NCBI GenBank assembly: GCA_019421015.1
Contig: JAHZGC010000015.1
Coordinates: 15,795-79,794 of the forward strand
DNA from: Coriobacteriaceae bacterium
GTDB taxonomy: Bacteria; Actinomycetota; Coriobacteriia; Coriobacteriales; UMGS124
Reading direction: 5' to 3'
DNA length: 64,000 bases
In this document: positions 33,802-42,979 of the stretch, in pieces
Layout: the number at the start of each line of letters is the position of its first letter
How positions within the stretch are numbered: position 1 is the stretch's first letter
Program-made: the position numbers and the translations under genes
Notes under the pieces: generated by a model
The model's database searches: none
Told to the model about the DNA's origin: nothing
Seen by the model: the letters and a program-made list of their open reading frames with translations, nothing else

Positions 33802-33974
33802 GGCCGCATCGCGGCATCGTGCGGGGTCGGTCGGGCCTTTGGTGCTTCCTCAGAGGTCGGTTCTAAGCCTGCCAGATTAATCAAATTACTAAAACCGCAG
33901 GTACCATCGACGGGACTATGATGGCATGGGAGGCGTGCGGCCTGGGACATCCCGCACGACCCTCGCATGCGGCC
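33802..33974. repeat. Imperfect dyad-symmetric element between convergent genes
   Basis: GGCCGCATCGCGGCATCGTGCGGGG (33802-33826) faces CCCGCACGACCCTCGCATGCGGCC (33951-33974). An A+T-rich core contains AACCGCAGGT (33893-33902) close to the centre (33888). Confidence 0.5.
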
Positions 33975-34095
33975 ACCAAAGGTGCCCAATGTCCAAAAAC
34001 GCCCCCGAACCCGCATCTTGCACGGGTCCGGGGGCGCACATGAGCCCTTGGGAGCTCTGCTGTTGCTGGCGGTGCGCCGCCGCGCCCACAGGCCT

Positions 34096-35715
34096 TTACG
34101 CCACCGGCGTCTCCAGGGCGGCGTTCTGGCCGGCGATACGGCCAAACACCATGTAGATGCTGATCTTGCCATGGCCGCGGTCCTCGCCCACGTAGCCGCC
34201 CACGCACTCGCCGGCAGCGTAGAGGTGGGGGATGACCTCCTGGTCGTCAAGGGCGATGGGGTCGGGGCCAAAGTGCTGCGAGCGCTTGCAGACCTGGGCC
34301 TTGGTGTTGGCCAGGATGCCGCCCATCTGGTCGTGGGCAAAGAACTGCATGCGCACCGCATAGAAGGGGGCCGTGGCGATGGGGGCCGTCATGTCCTGCT
34401 TGCCGAACTCCTCGTCGGTGCCACCCTCCACATAGCCGTTGTAGGTGGCAATTTGGTCCACAAAGGCATCGGTGGGAACACCCATCTGGGTGGCCAGATC
34501 CTCGAGCGTGTCCGCCACGGCCACGTACTCGGGGGCGAGGAAGGGCTTCGCGTTCTCGTCGGGGGTGCTGAGCACGCTTACATCCCAGCCCAGCTCCTCG
34601 GCCACGGTCGAGTCGACCACGGCCCATACCATGCGGGGGTTCTCCTGGTTCAGGTAGGCCTCGTAGAAGGGCTCCTGCGGGTATTCCTTGGCGGCGTTCT
34701 CGTTCACGAAGCGGGTGCCGTCGGCCTTGACCATGACCACGTTGTTAAAGCTCTTGAAGGTCATGCCCGTGCCGGTGGCGGGCGGGTTGTCGATGCTCAC
34801 GGGGTCCCAGGCCTGGTAGATCTTGGTGCCCCACTTAAAGCGGAATTCGCAGACAAACGACATGTCGGTGGTGCCGGCGCCGATGTTCACGGCCTCGTTG
34901 ATCATCTCGCCCGTGGTCTGCACGTAGGGCAGGCCGCCGGCCGAGAGGTCGCTGTTGAGACGCGGGTCCCACTGCAGGCGCATGGCCACGTTCGACTTCC
35001 AGCCGCCGCTGCCCAGGATCACGGCCTTCTTGGCCTGGAAGCGCTTGGTGCCGTCGGGGGTCTCCACCACGGCGCCGATGACCGTGCCGTCGTCGGCCTG
35101 CACCAGCTCGGTGGCCTTGTGCTCCAGCAGCATCTGCACACCGAGCTCGGTTGCCTTGGTGTACATGGCGTACCAGTAGGAGATACCGCCCTTGCCGGGG
35201 TAGTTAGGCGACTCGTCGGGCATGAGCGAGCAAGGCACCGAGTGGCCCTCGTTCTGGGTCACGTTCTCGCGGAACACGATGCCCAGGTCGTTCTGCAGCC
35301 ACTCCACGCACTCGTTGGAGTGGTCCACGAAGGTGTGGAGAAGCGCGGGGATCGCGCGGTGCTTGCCGTAGGCAAAGACCTCGTTGTAGAAGCGCTCGGG
35401 GTCGTCGTCGATGTCGGCGGCCTCCTGCACCACGTTGCCGCCGCCGAACTGGGCGTTGCCAGCGCAGAGGATGGAGTTGCCGCCGTAGACGGTGTTCTTC
35501 TCGATCAGCGTGACCGAGCAGCCCGCGGCCGCGGCCTCGATGGCGGCGCACATGCCCGCGTAGCCGCTTCCGATGACCAGGATGTCGCTCTCGGCGTCCC
35601 AGCCGGCGGCCTCGTCGGCCAGGGCGGCGGAGCAGCTCAGCGCGGCGGCCCCGGCGGCCACGGCACCGGCGCTCTGTACGAAACCACGGCGGGACATATG
35701 GGTGTTCAGACTCAT
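34096..35715 (-). CDS. Tat-signal FAD-dependent flavoprotein reductase (fumarate-reductase-like family, no FMN_bind domain)
   Basis: ORF 34096..35757, with the start trimmed to ATG 35715 (GAAAGGA upstream). MSLNTHMSRRGFVQSAGAVAAGAAAL signal. DILVIGSGYAGMCAAIEAAAAG FAD motif. C-terminal HLYAAGECVGGYVGEDRGHGK. Confidence 0.85.
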   Translation of the reverse strand: MSLNTHMSRRGFVQSAGAVAAGAAALSCSAALADEAAGWDAESDILVIGSGYAGMCAAIEAAAAGCSVTLIEKNTVYGGNSILCAGNAQFGGGNVVQEAADIDDDPERFYNEVFAYGKHRAIPALLHTFVDHSNECVEWLQNDLGIVFRENVTQNEGHSVPCSLMPDESPNYPGKGGISYWYAMYTKATELGVQMLLEHKATELVQADDGTVIGAVVETPDGTKRFQAKKAVILGSGGWKSNVAMRLQWDPRLNSDLSAGGLPYVQTTGEMINEAVNIGAGTTDMSFVCEFRFKWGTKIYQAWDPVSIDNPPATGTGMTFKSFNNVVMVKADGTRFVNENAAKEYPQEPFYEAYLNQENPRMVWAVVDSTVAEELGWDVSVLSTPDENAKPFLAPEYVAVADTLEDLATQMGVPTDAFVDQIATYNGYVEGGTDEEFGKQDMTAPIATAPFYAVRMQFFAHDQMGGILANTKAQVCKRSQHFGPDPIALDDQEVIPHLYAAGECVGGYVGEDRGHGKISIYMVFGRIAGQNAALETPVA

Positions 35716-35859
35716 GGCAGATCCTTTCAAGATAGGGACGGCCTGTTCTGTGGCCACGGGTGGCCCTCGATGGGGGTCAAGGGGCCCGCAGCCTTCTCAA
35801 ACCATAGTCCTGAGCTGCACCGATGTCTGTCCCCTCAAACGCGACGGCGGGTTTTTGCC

Positions 35860-35882
35860 GTGTCCCCGACAACGGGGGACAC
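35860..35882. promoter_or_regulatory. Perfect palindrome in the divergent flavoprotein/LuxR promoter region (candidate operator)
   Basis: GTGTCCCCG-ACAA-CGGGGGACAC. A TATAAT hexamer lies at 35953-35958, 34 nt before the regulator ATG. Confidence 0.35.
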
Positions 35883-35991
35883 GGGTTGCGGAGGTTCACC
35901 CTTGTGCCCTGGGATCGCGGCGGCCCTTGCTGCAAGGACGGGACTCTCGTCCTATAATGCGCTAGGGGATTTTGGGGGACGGGGGAGGACC

Positions 35992-37443
35992 ATGCAGAAT
36001 TGGTCGGCATCGGTGCGCGGGGGCGCTGTGATCCGGGCCGTATTGTTCTTGGTTTGCTTTGCCTGCTTTTGGGCGTCGAGCCTTACGGTGCGCCATGTCG
36101 CGTCAAACGTGCCGGTCTCTCTGCACTATACGAGCCGCGTGGTCGAGATCGGGCTGTGCCTGGCCATAGCCGCCGTGGCGTGGCGCCGCGGGGTGTCCGA
36201 GCGGTCCGTGCGGCGTTGCGCCTTTGCGGCCGTGGGCGTCTATGTCGCGGTGGAGCTCGTGCGTATCCTCTGGGTTTCGTCAGCGGTCTCCGAAGGGGTT
36301 TCCATGGCGCTGAGCGCTGCGAGTGGCGTGGCCAACGGCGCGGCCGTGGCGTCCATGTCGTTGCTGCTCGGCCGTGGTCTGCTCTCGTTTGGCCCACGGG
36401 CCGTCGCGGTGATCGTTCCGTCTGCCCTCGGCTGTGCCCACGGAATCTTTTTGCTCTCTGACCTGCTGCCCGGCTCCGCTGCGCCCTGGCTCAAAATCGC
36501 GCTCCTCCTGGTGGCGGTGGCGGGGTTTGCGCTGTGGAACCGGCTTGGAGGCCCGCAACCCCTGCCGGCGGCCACAGGTCGCCTCGACAAAGACTCGGGC
36601 CTGGTTTTTGGTCCCCCGCTGGCCTCTCTTTCGCTGTGGCTGGGCATGGTGGTGTTTCCGCTGCTATACGGATTCATGGCCCAGATTTGCACCACGGCCC
36701 ACGTGAGCTCGGGCCTGTTCGACATCTCGACGGAGCTGGTGGGCATCGGCTTCATGGCGCTTTTGGCCGCGGGGAGCCTGTTTTTTCATGAGCGGCTCGA
36801 CACCGAGGCGCTGTTTGCGGTGGTCCTCTCGGTGTTCGCCACAGCGTTTCTGTTTTTGCCGGTGTTCTGGAACAACGAGGTGTTTGTGGCCGGCTTCATC
36901 ATGAAGTGCGGCTTCACGGTGTACACGGCCATGCTGTGGGTGCTGCTCCCGCGCCTGGTCGGGCCCAACGCCCCTGCCCGCTGCTTCTGGGTGCTCGGCC
37001 TGGCGTTTGGCGTGTACCATGCGGCGCTTATGGTGGGGCGCCTAACGGCCTACTTGCTTACCGCCAACCACCTGCTCTCTTATCAGGCGCTGTCGTTCGT
37101 GGCCCTGGCCGTGGTATGGCTGCTTTCGATGACCGCCTTGGTGGTCGTCCTTGCCAACCGGCGCTCGCGGGCGGCGTCCAGCAACGCCGAGGCCGACCAT
37201 CCCCGCAGCTACGACGAGACCTTCGACGCCTTCGCCGCGGGTTGCGGCCTCTCAAGTCGCGAAGGGGCCGTATGCAGGGAATACGCGCGCGGCCGTACGG
37301 TCGAGCATATCGCAGACGCCCTGGGGGTCTCTCAGGAGACGGTAAAGACCCACCTCAAGCGCTCCTACGCCAAGTGCGGGTGCCATAGCCGTCAAGAGCT
37401 GATCGACCAGATCGACGGCCATCGCGACCGTTCCATGGCATAG
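35992..37443 (+). CDS. Membrane-anchored LuxR-family transcriptional regulator
   Basis: The real start is ATG 35992 (GGGGGAGGA upstream) inside the 1158-aa track ORF. Multi-TM body. C-terminal GLSSREGAVCREYARGRTVEHIADALGVSQETVKTHLKRSYAKCGCHSRQEL. Confidence 0.85.
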   Translation: MQNWSASVRGGAVIRAVLFLVCFACFWASSLTVRHVASNVPVSLHYTSRVVEIGLCLAIAAVAWRRGVSERSVRRCAFAAVGVYVAVELVRILWVSSAVSEGVSMALSAASGVANGAAVASMSLLLGRGLLSFGPRAVAVIVPSALGCAHGIFLLSDLLPGSAAPWLKIALLLVAVAGFALWNRLGGPQPLPAATGRLDKDSGLVFGPPLASLSLWLGMVVFPLLYGFMAQICTTAHVSSGLFDISTELVGIGFMALLAAGSLFFHERLDTEALFAVVLSVFATAFLFLPVFWNNEVFVAGFIMKCGFTVYTAMLWVLLPRLVGPNAPARCFWVLGLAFGVYHAALMVGRLTAYLLTANHLLSYQALSFVALAVVWLLSMTALVVVLANRRSRAASSNAEADHPRSYDETFDAFAAGCGLSSREGAVCREYARGRTVEHIADALGVSQETVKTHLKRSYAKCGCHSRQELIDQIDGHRDRSMA

Positions 37444-37560
37444 GGCTTGCTGACGGAACGGCCTGCGGGGTGGCCGGGTGCTCCATGAGTGCTAGAATGC
37501 CGTCTTTCATCGAGTCCGCGTCCGCGCGTTCAGCGCGTCCAGAAATAGAAAGGCACCCTT

Positions 37561-38061
37561 ATGCAACGGCCTATGCGACGCAAACGGCAGGAGCTGCCCA
37601 TCGAGGAGACGTACTCCCTTATAGACCAGGCCACTTCGGGGGTCCTTGCCCTTGTCGACGGCGGGGCGCCCTATGCGGTGCCGCTGAGCCACGTCCGTGT
37701 GGGGGGAACCATCTATTTCCACTGCGCTCCCGAAGGCCGAAAGCTCGACGCCGTGCGCGAATGTGGGCGGGCGAGCTTCTGCGTCATCGGCCAGGACGCC
37801 GTGGTTCCCGAACGCTTTACGACCTATTTCCGGAGCGCGGTGGCCGAGGGTCCCGTTCGTATCGTCGACGATGAGGCCGAGAAGCTCCTTGGCCTGCGTG
37901 CCCTGGGGGAGAAGTTCTCACCCGGCAACGAAGACGGTCTTAAGGCCGAGATCGACGGGGCCTTTGCCCGCGTGTGCGTGCTTGCCCTCGACATCGAGAG
38001 CCTTACGGGCAAGGAGGCCATCGAGCTGGTCCGTATGCGCGGCTGCGAGGGGGAGGGGTAA
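37561..38061 (+). CDS. Pyridoxamine 5'-phosphate oxidase-like FMN-binding split-barrel protein (Nim/PNPOx family)
   Basis: 166 aa. GVLALVDGGAPYAVPLSHVRVGGTIYFHCAPEGRKLDAV and SFCVIG...FTTYFRSAVAEGPVRIV match the PNPOx-like fold pattern. Confidence 0.7.
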   Translation: MQRPMRRKRQELPIEETYSLIDQATSGVLALVDGGAPYAVPLSHVRVGGTIYFHCAPEGRKLDAVRECGRASFCVIGQDAVVPERFTTYFRSAVAEGPVRIVDDEAEKLLGLRALGEKFSPGNEDGLKAEIDGAFARVCVLALDIESLTGKEAIELVRMRGCEGEG

Positions 38062-38063
38062 CG

Positions 38064-38606
38064 GTGAACATCTGCGTGTTTTGCGCCTCGGCGCGCGACC
38101 TGCCCCAGTCCTATAAAGACGCCGCTCGCGATTTGGGCCGTGCCATCGGCGAGAACGGCCACAACCTGGTGTTCGGCGGCTTCGACACGGGTCTCATGGG
38201 CTTGGTTGCCGAGGCTGCCAAGGAGGCCGGCGCCCAGGTGATCGGCGTGCTGCCCTGCGAGGCCGGGGGATTGGGGGGACGGCCCGTCTTTGCCTGCGAC
38301 GAGCTGTTGGAGACCTGCGCCATGGCCGATCGCAAGGCCGTCATGGCCCAGCGCTCCGACGCCTTCGTGGCGCTTCCGGGATCCTACGGAACGCTAGACG
38401 AGTTCTATACCGTTCTCTCGGAGGAGAAGCTCATGGGCGGGGAGGCGCGCCCCATTGCCCTGTACAACGTCGATGGCTTTTACGATCCGCTGGCCGAGCT
38501 CGACCGCCGCATGGTCGCCGACGGCCTTCTGGCTCCCGAGAAGGCGACGCTGTACCGGATGTTCGACGAGTTGGTTCCTCTGATGGACTATGTGTGCAAA
38601 CGGTGA
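38064..38606 (+). CDS. LOG-family (TIGR00730) nucleotide phosphoribohydrolase-like protein
   Basis: GTG 38064 after GGGGAGGGG. VFGGFDTGLMG and ALPGSYGTLDEF correspond to the GGGxxGxM and PGGxGTxxE LOG motifs. Confidence 0.75.
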   Translation: MNICVFCASARDLPQSYKDAARDLGRAIGENGHNLVFGGFDTGLMGLVAEAAKEAGAQVIGVLPCEAGGLGGRPVFACDELLETCAMADRKAVMAQRSDAFVALPGSYGTLDEFYTVLSEEKLMGGEARPIALYNVDGFYDPLAELDRRMVADGLLAPEKATLYRMFDELVPLMDYVCKR

Positions 38607-38678
38607 CGTCCTTAATTCTCGTTGACGTGGCTGGTTCATCGGCGTAGTATAAATCCTTGCCGAAAGGCACTTAGGAAT

Positions 38679-38755
<77 letters not shown>

Positions 38756-38989
38756 GTAAATTCGCAGGTCAGAGGCTTAGAGCTTCTGGCCTGTTTTCGT
38801 ATGGTATCCACTCGACATCCGTTTATGGAATCCGGGTTCTGACGGCTGCTCCAACGGGACGGCAATGCAGAGAAGTTCAGGGCGGACCATGGTGAGCCCC
38901 ATTCTCACGCCTTGACCAAAAGGGTTGACAAGTACTGCGGTCTTACTCCCGAGAACCGCCGAGAGCATGGCGACCTCCTGCTCGCCGCA

Positions 38990-39290
38990 CACATGGGGCG
39001 GCGTGCGTCTGCCTCCACGCTTTTCTGGCTTTGTTCTTTATCCCACTTGAAGAGCAATGTCCCACGACGTGCGTCGGTGGGTGGTATGCACTACACCAGC
39101 CCCGAGAATATCCACGGGGTCATCGGCCCGCTTTTCCAGGATGCCCTGCGTGGGGAGCCCGATGGCATCCTCACCAAGCAGAACCCGTCGGCCAGGACCG
39201 GGGCGCCCAGAGCATATCGGGACAAGCTGGGCAGCCTTTCGTTCCTCGACCCGTTCCTCGACCCCACCTGCGATTCGGGCAACTTTTTCA
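38990..39290 (+). pseudogene. Fragment of an MmeI-like/type IIG N6-adenine DNA methyltransferase-restriction gene
   Basis: Within track ORF 38912..39379: RRASVGGMHYTSPENIHGVIGPLFQDAL....KLGSLSFLDPFLDPTCDSGNFF. This is the HYTSxxNI...PLFxDxL block plus SAM motif I (DPxCGSGNF-like). There is no continuation of the enzyme on either side, and the region is visibly less G+C-rich. Confidence 0.5.
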
Positions 39291-39744
39291 CTCGGCACCC
39301 TGCTGACGGCCGACACAGCGATCGGGAACGCCAGTGGCTCCCATGTCTCCAACATTTCCCGGGCTCTCGGTACGCCTAGGGTGGGGGAAAGCGGTTCTTC
39401 CATGCGTCGCTCGATGTCGTTGGAGGGTGTTGCGAGGGTATCGCCGTATAGCCTCACGAGGAGGCGGCTCGGCGTTGGGACGGCCGTTTGGCCGTTCGGA
39501 GTGCCCGAGAAGAAAGACCTCGGGGGATTTCGGACGAGGGCCCCGGACAGAGAATCGAGATACGGTGAGGCGCGGCAACACAGGTCCTGGCGTCAGGGCC
39601 GCGCCCCACCAGCCCGCGGAGATTGGCTTGCTTGGCAAGCGCCAGCCAAGTCTGATGCCCGGTGCCACTGGTTTCGCAAAGGTGTGCAGGATAGACATAC
39701 GCCCTGTTCTGGCTGCGTGTTGCTCCGGCTGCCAATGTCTGTCG

Positions 39745-40068
39745 TTAGTGGAAGACGGTCCCATGGTGGTAGTGCTCTTCGGCCATGGACTTCGCCCGCT
39801 CCACGGCGTCCCTAACCTCATCTAACGGCACCGTAGACTCGGCGATGTTGTCTACCCAGCACCAAATGTCATGTTTACCATCCCCGGGCGTAGAGACTTC
39901 GATGGTGAACGTAACGCAGACGGAATAGCCGTTTCCGCACACGGAGGGCAATGCGGTAACGCTGTAACAACCGCCGCTGACGTCGGCGAGCCAACAGTCA
40001 TGCAGGTCATGCACATCATCCCAGCTCAGGCTACTGCCATCCGAGTTCCAAGTATCAGATTTATTCAC
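39745..40068 (-). CDS. Hypothetical small protein (107 aa)
   Basis: GTG start preceded by GGGAG. Lies in the less G+C-rich remnant region. No recognisable motif. Confidence 0.35.
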   Translation of the reverse strand: MNKSDTWNSDGSSLSWDDVHDLHDCWLADVSGGCYSVTALPSVCGNGYSVCVTFTIEVSTPGDGKHDIWCWVDNIAESTVPLDEVRDAVERAKSMAEEHYHHGTVFH

Positions 40069-40273
40069 AATGCTCCCAGCTTTAGTGATTCAAAATGGCA
40101 TTGTACGTCCATACAATACTGAGTGATATTAAAATGTCTGGTGGGAGTTGTCCAGGTGGTCCCACGATGATGACGGCCGAGAACGTTGCGATGGGGGACG
40201 AGAGCGCCGCTGACACATGTGCAAGCATGTGTTTGTATTCTTTGAGCGTCCTAGCGCGGTGACCCCGGGCCCC

Positions 40274-40981
40274 TTACACCCACGCGAAGTTCTCCACCCC
40301 CGCGCCCAGCTCAAAGTGCAGCTTCACGATGCCCAGGTCCACGGCGGAGTAGGGGCCGCCCGTGGACCGCAGCGACACACGGGCCTTCTCTCCGGCCGCC
40401 GCGCCTTTGATCAGCTCGATCTTGAAGTTCTGCTGGTTCATCGCCGTTGGAGCCAGAAGGGCCGCCGCCACGCCGGCGTCGAACCATGCGGGTCGCTGGA
40501 TTCCCGCCGCCGCGGGACTCACCTCGTCGGCGCCCTTGCTCTTGCGCGACATGCCCTGGGTGGTGCCGTGCCCCAGGGCCACCACCAGGCTCAGCTTGTT
40601 GCCTCGGTCCACGGCCTTTTTTACCAGCCGCTTTTTAAACGTAAGGGCTACCCAGCAGCTGTTGAGACCCAGCGTTTGGGCCAGCAGCACCAGGCGCTCC
40701 CCGTAGTAGCCGCAGCGCTCGTCGAGGTCTGGGGCGTCGGGACCGGCGAGCACCAGGTAGTTGCGCACGTTGGTGAACTTGCCATAGTGGGCCAAGAGCG
40801 AGTCAAAGGCCTTGGGTTCGTTGCAGACGAGCTTGATAGACAGGCCGCTCTTGCCGTTGCAGCGCTGGATCTCGGAGCGCAGGGTGGCTTGGTCTGCGAC
40901 GCTTAGGGGCTCGTCGGTAAAGCTGCGCACCGAATGGCGCGTCCTCATGGCCTTGAGCAGGGCGGGGGTGGTTGTCTCCAT
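40274..40981 (-). CDS. Nitroreductase-family flavoprotein
   Basis: RTRHSVRSFTDEPL N-terminal nitroreductase signature. LLAQTLGLNSCWV. ATG 40981 (METTTPALL) is preferred as the start over 41044. Confidence 0.75.
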   Translation of the reverse strand: METTTPALLKAMRTRHSVRSFTDEPLSVADQATLRSEIQRCNGKSGLSIKLVCNEPKAFDSLLAHYGKFTNVRNYLVLAGPDAPDLDERCGYYGERLVLLAQTLGLNSCWVALTFKKRLVKKAVDRGNKLSLVVALGHGTTQGMSRKSKGADEVSPAAAGIQRPAWFDAGVAAALLAPTAMNQQNFKIELIKGAAAGEKARVSLRSTGGPYSAVDLGIVKLHFELGAGVENFAWV

Positions 40982-41101
40982 GGAAATCTCTCTAGGTGGG
41001 GCAAAGGCTCCCTGCTCGGTGCTTCTGGTGGTGTGCATGTGCAATCTTCCCCCTGTCAGTATTGGCTGCGCTCCACCCTGGACGAGGGAGGACCAACGTA
41101 T

Positions 41102-42397
41102 CTAGTTATTGCCCGCTCCGTTAGGGCGGATTTCCTGCCTGTGGATCGCGTGCCGATTTGTGGTGTATGAGGGGGCCGGGGCCTCGGGCCTCTCCCAGGC
41201 CCTGGCCCCCGACTCGGGGGAGAAGACCCTGTTGTGGGTCCAGGCGTCCTCCTCCTCGAGCATGACGGCCCCCACGAGCCTCATGAGGCTCTCCCTGGAG
41301 GGGAACGACCGCACCGAGCGGCAGCGGCGCTTTATCTCGCGGTTCGCGCGCTCCTGCACGTTGTTCGTGCGCACCCGCCTCCAGTGCTCCCCGGGCAGCG
41401 AGAGGTACTGCAGGGCGTCGTCTCGCGCCGCCTCCAGCAGCTCGGCGCAGCCGGCCTCGCCGGCGCCGCGCATGGCGTCGCAGGCGAGGCCGTAGGCCGC
41501 CCTGCACACCATCGCGTCCCCCTCCGCGAACACGGCCTTGGCCAGCTCGCGCACCAGGCCCGCGTTCCTCGCGGCCTTGACCTTGGCCGACAGGTTGCGC
41601 TGCAGGTGCACCGTGCAGCGCTGCCAGGCGCAGCCCTGGAAGACCTCGCGCAGCGCCCTGACCAGCCCCCCGTGGTCGTCGGAGACGCACAGGACCAGCC
41701 CGGAGAGGCCCCGGGCGCGCACCGAGGCCAGGAAGGCCCTCCAGTCGTCGTAGGACTCGGTGTCCACGCAGTCCAGGCCCACCAGGCGCTTGCGGCCGTC
41801 CTCGCCCAGGGCGATGGCCGTCACGACGGCCTGGGAGACCGAGCGGCCCCCGACCCTGCACTTCACGTAGGTGGCGTCCACCCACAGGTAGCAGTGGCGC
41901 TGGTCGTCGAGCGCCCGGCCCCTGAGCTCGTCGACCTGGGCGTCCAGCTCGGCGGTCGGTCTCGACACCTCGGAGGCCGACAGCGAGGAGACCCCCAGCG
42001 ACTGGGCCAGCAGCGACATGTCGCGGGTGGAGACCCCGTTGACGTAGGCCTCCACCACCAGCGCGGCCAGGCCGGCCTCCACGCGCGACCACCTCGTGAG
42101 GATCGACTCCGGGTAGTACGTCCCGCGCCTCAGCTTGGGCACGTCCAGCTCCACGTCGCCCGGGGACGTCTTCAGCGAGCGCGTCCGGTAGCCGCTGCGG
42201 CTGTTGGCGCGCGCCTCGGAGCGCGCCCCCCAGGGCGCCCCGCACAGCGCGTCGGCCTCCGCCGCCATCAGCGCGTCTATCGCCAGCCTCAGCACCCGCG
42301 CCCCGAACTCGCGCAGGTCGCAGCACTCCGACATCAGCGACATCAGCGCCTCGCCCGCGTCGGGGCCGCCCTGTAGTACACTCTGCAACGCGGTCAT
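41102..42397 (-). CDS. IS256-family (mutator-type) transposase
   Basis: 431 aa with family hallmarks: VSTRDMS, YLWVDATYVKCR, VSDDHGGLVRALREVFQGCAWQRCTVHLQRN, TNNVQERANREIKRRCRSVRSFPS. The ORF reads through the left inverted repeat. Its last 14 codons are encoded by flanking DNA. Confidence 0.9.
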   Translation of the reverse strand: MTALQSVLQGGPDAGEALMSLMSECCDLREFGARVLRLAIDALMAAEADALCGAPWGARSEARANSRSGYRTRSLKTSPGDVELDVPKLRRGTYYPESILTRWSRVEAGLAALVVEAYVNGVSTRDMSLLAQSLGVSSLSASEVSRPTAELDAQVDELRGRALDDQRHCYLWVDATYVKCRVGGRSVSQAVVTAIALGEDGRKRLVGLDCVDTESYDDWRAFLASVRARGLSGLVLCVSDDHGGLVRALREVFQGCAWQRCTVHLQRNLSAKVKAARNAGLVRELAKAVFAEGDAMVCRAAYGLACDAMRGAGEAGCAELLEAARDDALQYLSLPGEHWRRVRTNNVQERANREIKRRCRSVRSFPSRESLMRLVGAVMLEEEDAWTHNRVFSPESGARAWERPEAPAPSYTTNRHAIHRQEIRPNGAGNN

Positions 42398-42512
42398 CTT
42401 CCGGTCCTTTCCTCGTCACCCAAATCCAACGACGATTCTAGGCCGGCCGGGCCGCGCGAGGGGGGGGAGGGGGCATGCCCCCTCCCCCCTCGTACACCAC
42501 TTCTCGTCACAC
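41146..42512 (-). mobile_element. IS256-family insertion sequence (~1.37 kb)
   Basis: Imperfect terminal inverted repeats at 41146-41175 (..GCGTGCCGATTTGTGGTGTATGAGGGGG) and 42485-42512 (reverse complement GTGTGACGAGAAGTGGTGTACGAGGGGG), with a 16-bp core GTGGTGTAYGAGGGGG. Flanked directly by 14-bp direct repeats TTCCTGCCTGTGGA (41132-41145 and 42513-42526). Confidence 0.75.
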
Positions 42513-42522
42513 TTCCTGCCTG

Positions 42523-42766
42523 TGGACAGTATCAAGACTTTCTTGACCGTTGTGCCCCATTGGCGGTCCTCTTTGGACGGAATCGTGACTTTCTCGACCG
42601 AATTCGTCAACACTTCGACAACTGTTGCAGTAGAACCGCAGGTAGACAGGGTGTACGTTCTTGACTACAGGGGGAGGGGGATCGGAACCGGTCGAGAAAA
42701 TCGCGGTTTCGTCCACAGACCGCCCCTACACGCCCGGAACGGTCAAGAAAGTCGCCATCTCGTCCA
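42523..42766. repeat. Symmetric four-unit array (2 direct + 2 inverted 26-bp units), related to 10060-10283
   Basis: Units: TGGACAGTATCAAGACTTTCTTGACC (42523-42548), TGGACGGAATCGTGACTTTCTCGACC (42574-42599), and the inverted copies 42690-42715 and 42741-42766. Spacing is 51 bp in both arms, with one shared dyad centre at 42644.5. AACCGCAGGT (42634-42643) ends at that centre. Confidence 0.7.
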
Positions 42767-42918
42767 GGGCTTGCCTTCAGGACGGAGCGCATCCATGGAT
42801 ATATCCCGACGCATGTAATCGGCGGAGAGGCGCCCGCCTGCACAAAAGCCGGGCGGCCTCGCGAAGGTCTGCGCTGTTGGGCGACCTATGCGCGTGATAC
42901 GTGGACACGACCAACTTT

Positions 42919-42953
42919 GTTTGATACCATACGTTTGATACCTAACGTTAGGT
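42919..42953 (+). promoter_or_regulatory. Probable MarR operator
   Basis: Direct repeats GTTTGATACC (42919-42928 and 42933-42942), the second overlapping a perfect 14-bp palindrome ACCTAACGTTAGGT (42940-42953). The palindrome ends 27 nt upstream of the MarR ATG. Confidence 0.5.
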
Positions 42954-42979
42954 GCCTAACGATTGGAGGACGCCGCCCT

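Noticed and set aside
38756-40270. Intact integrative element or prophage next to the tRNA
   Set aside because: No integrase, no phage structural genes and no clear att repeat were found, only a gene fragment and one small orphan ORF. It is treated as a decayed remnant.
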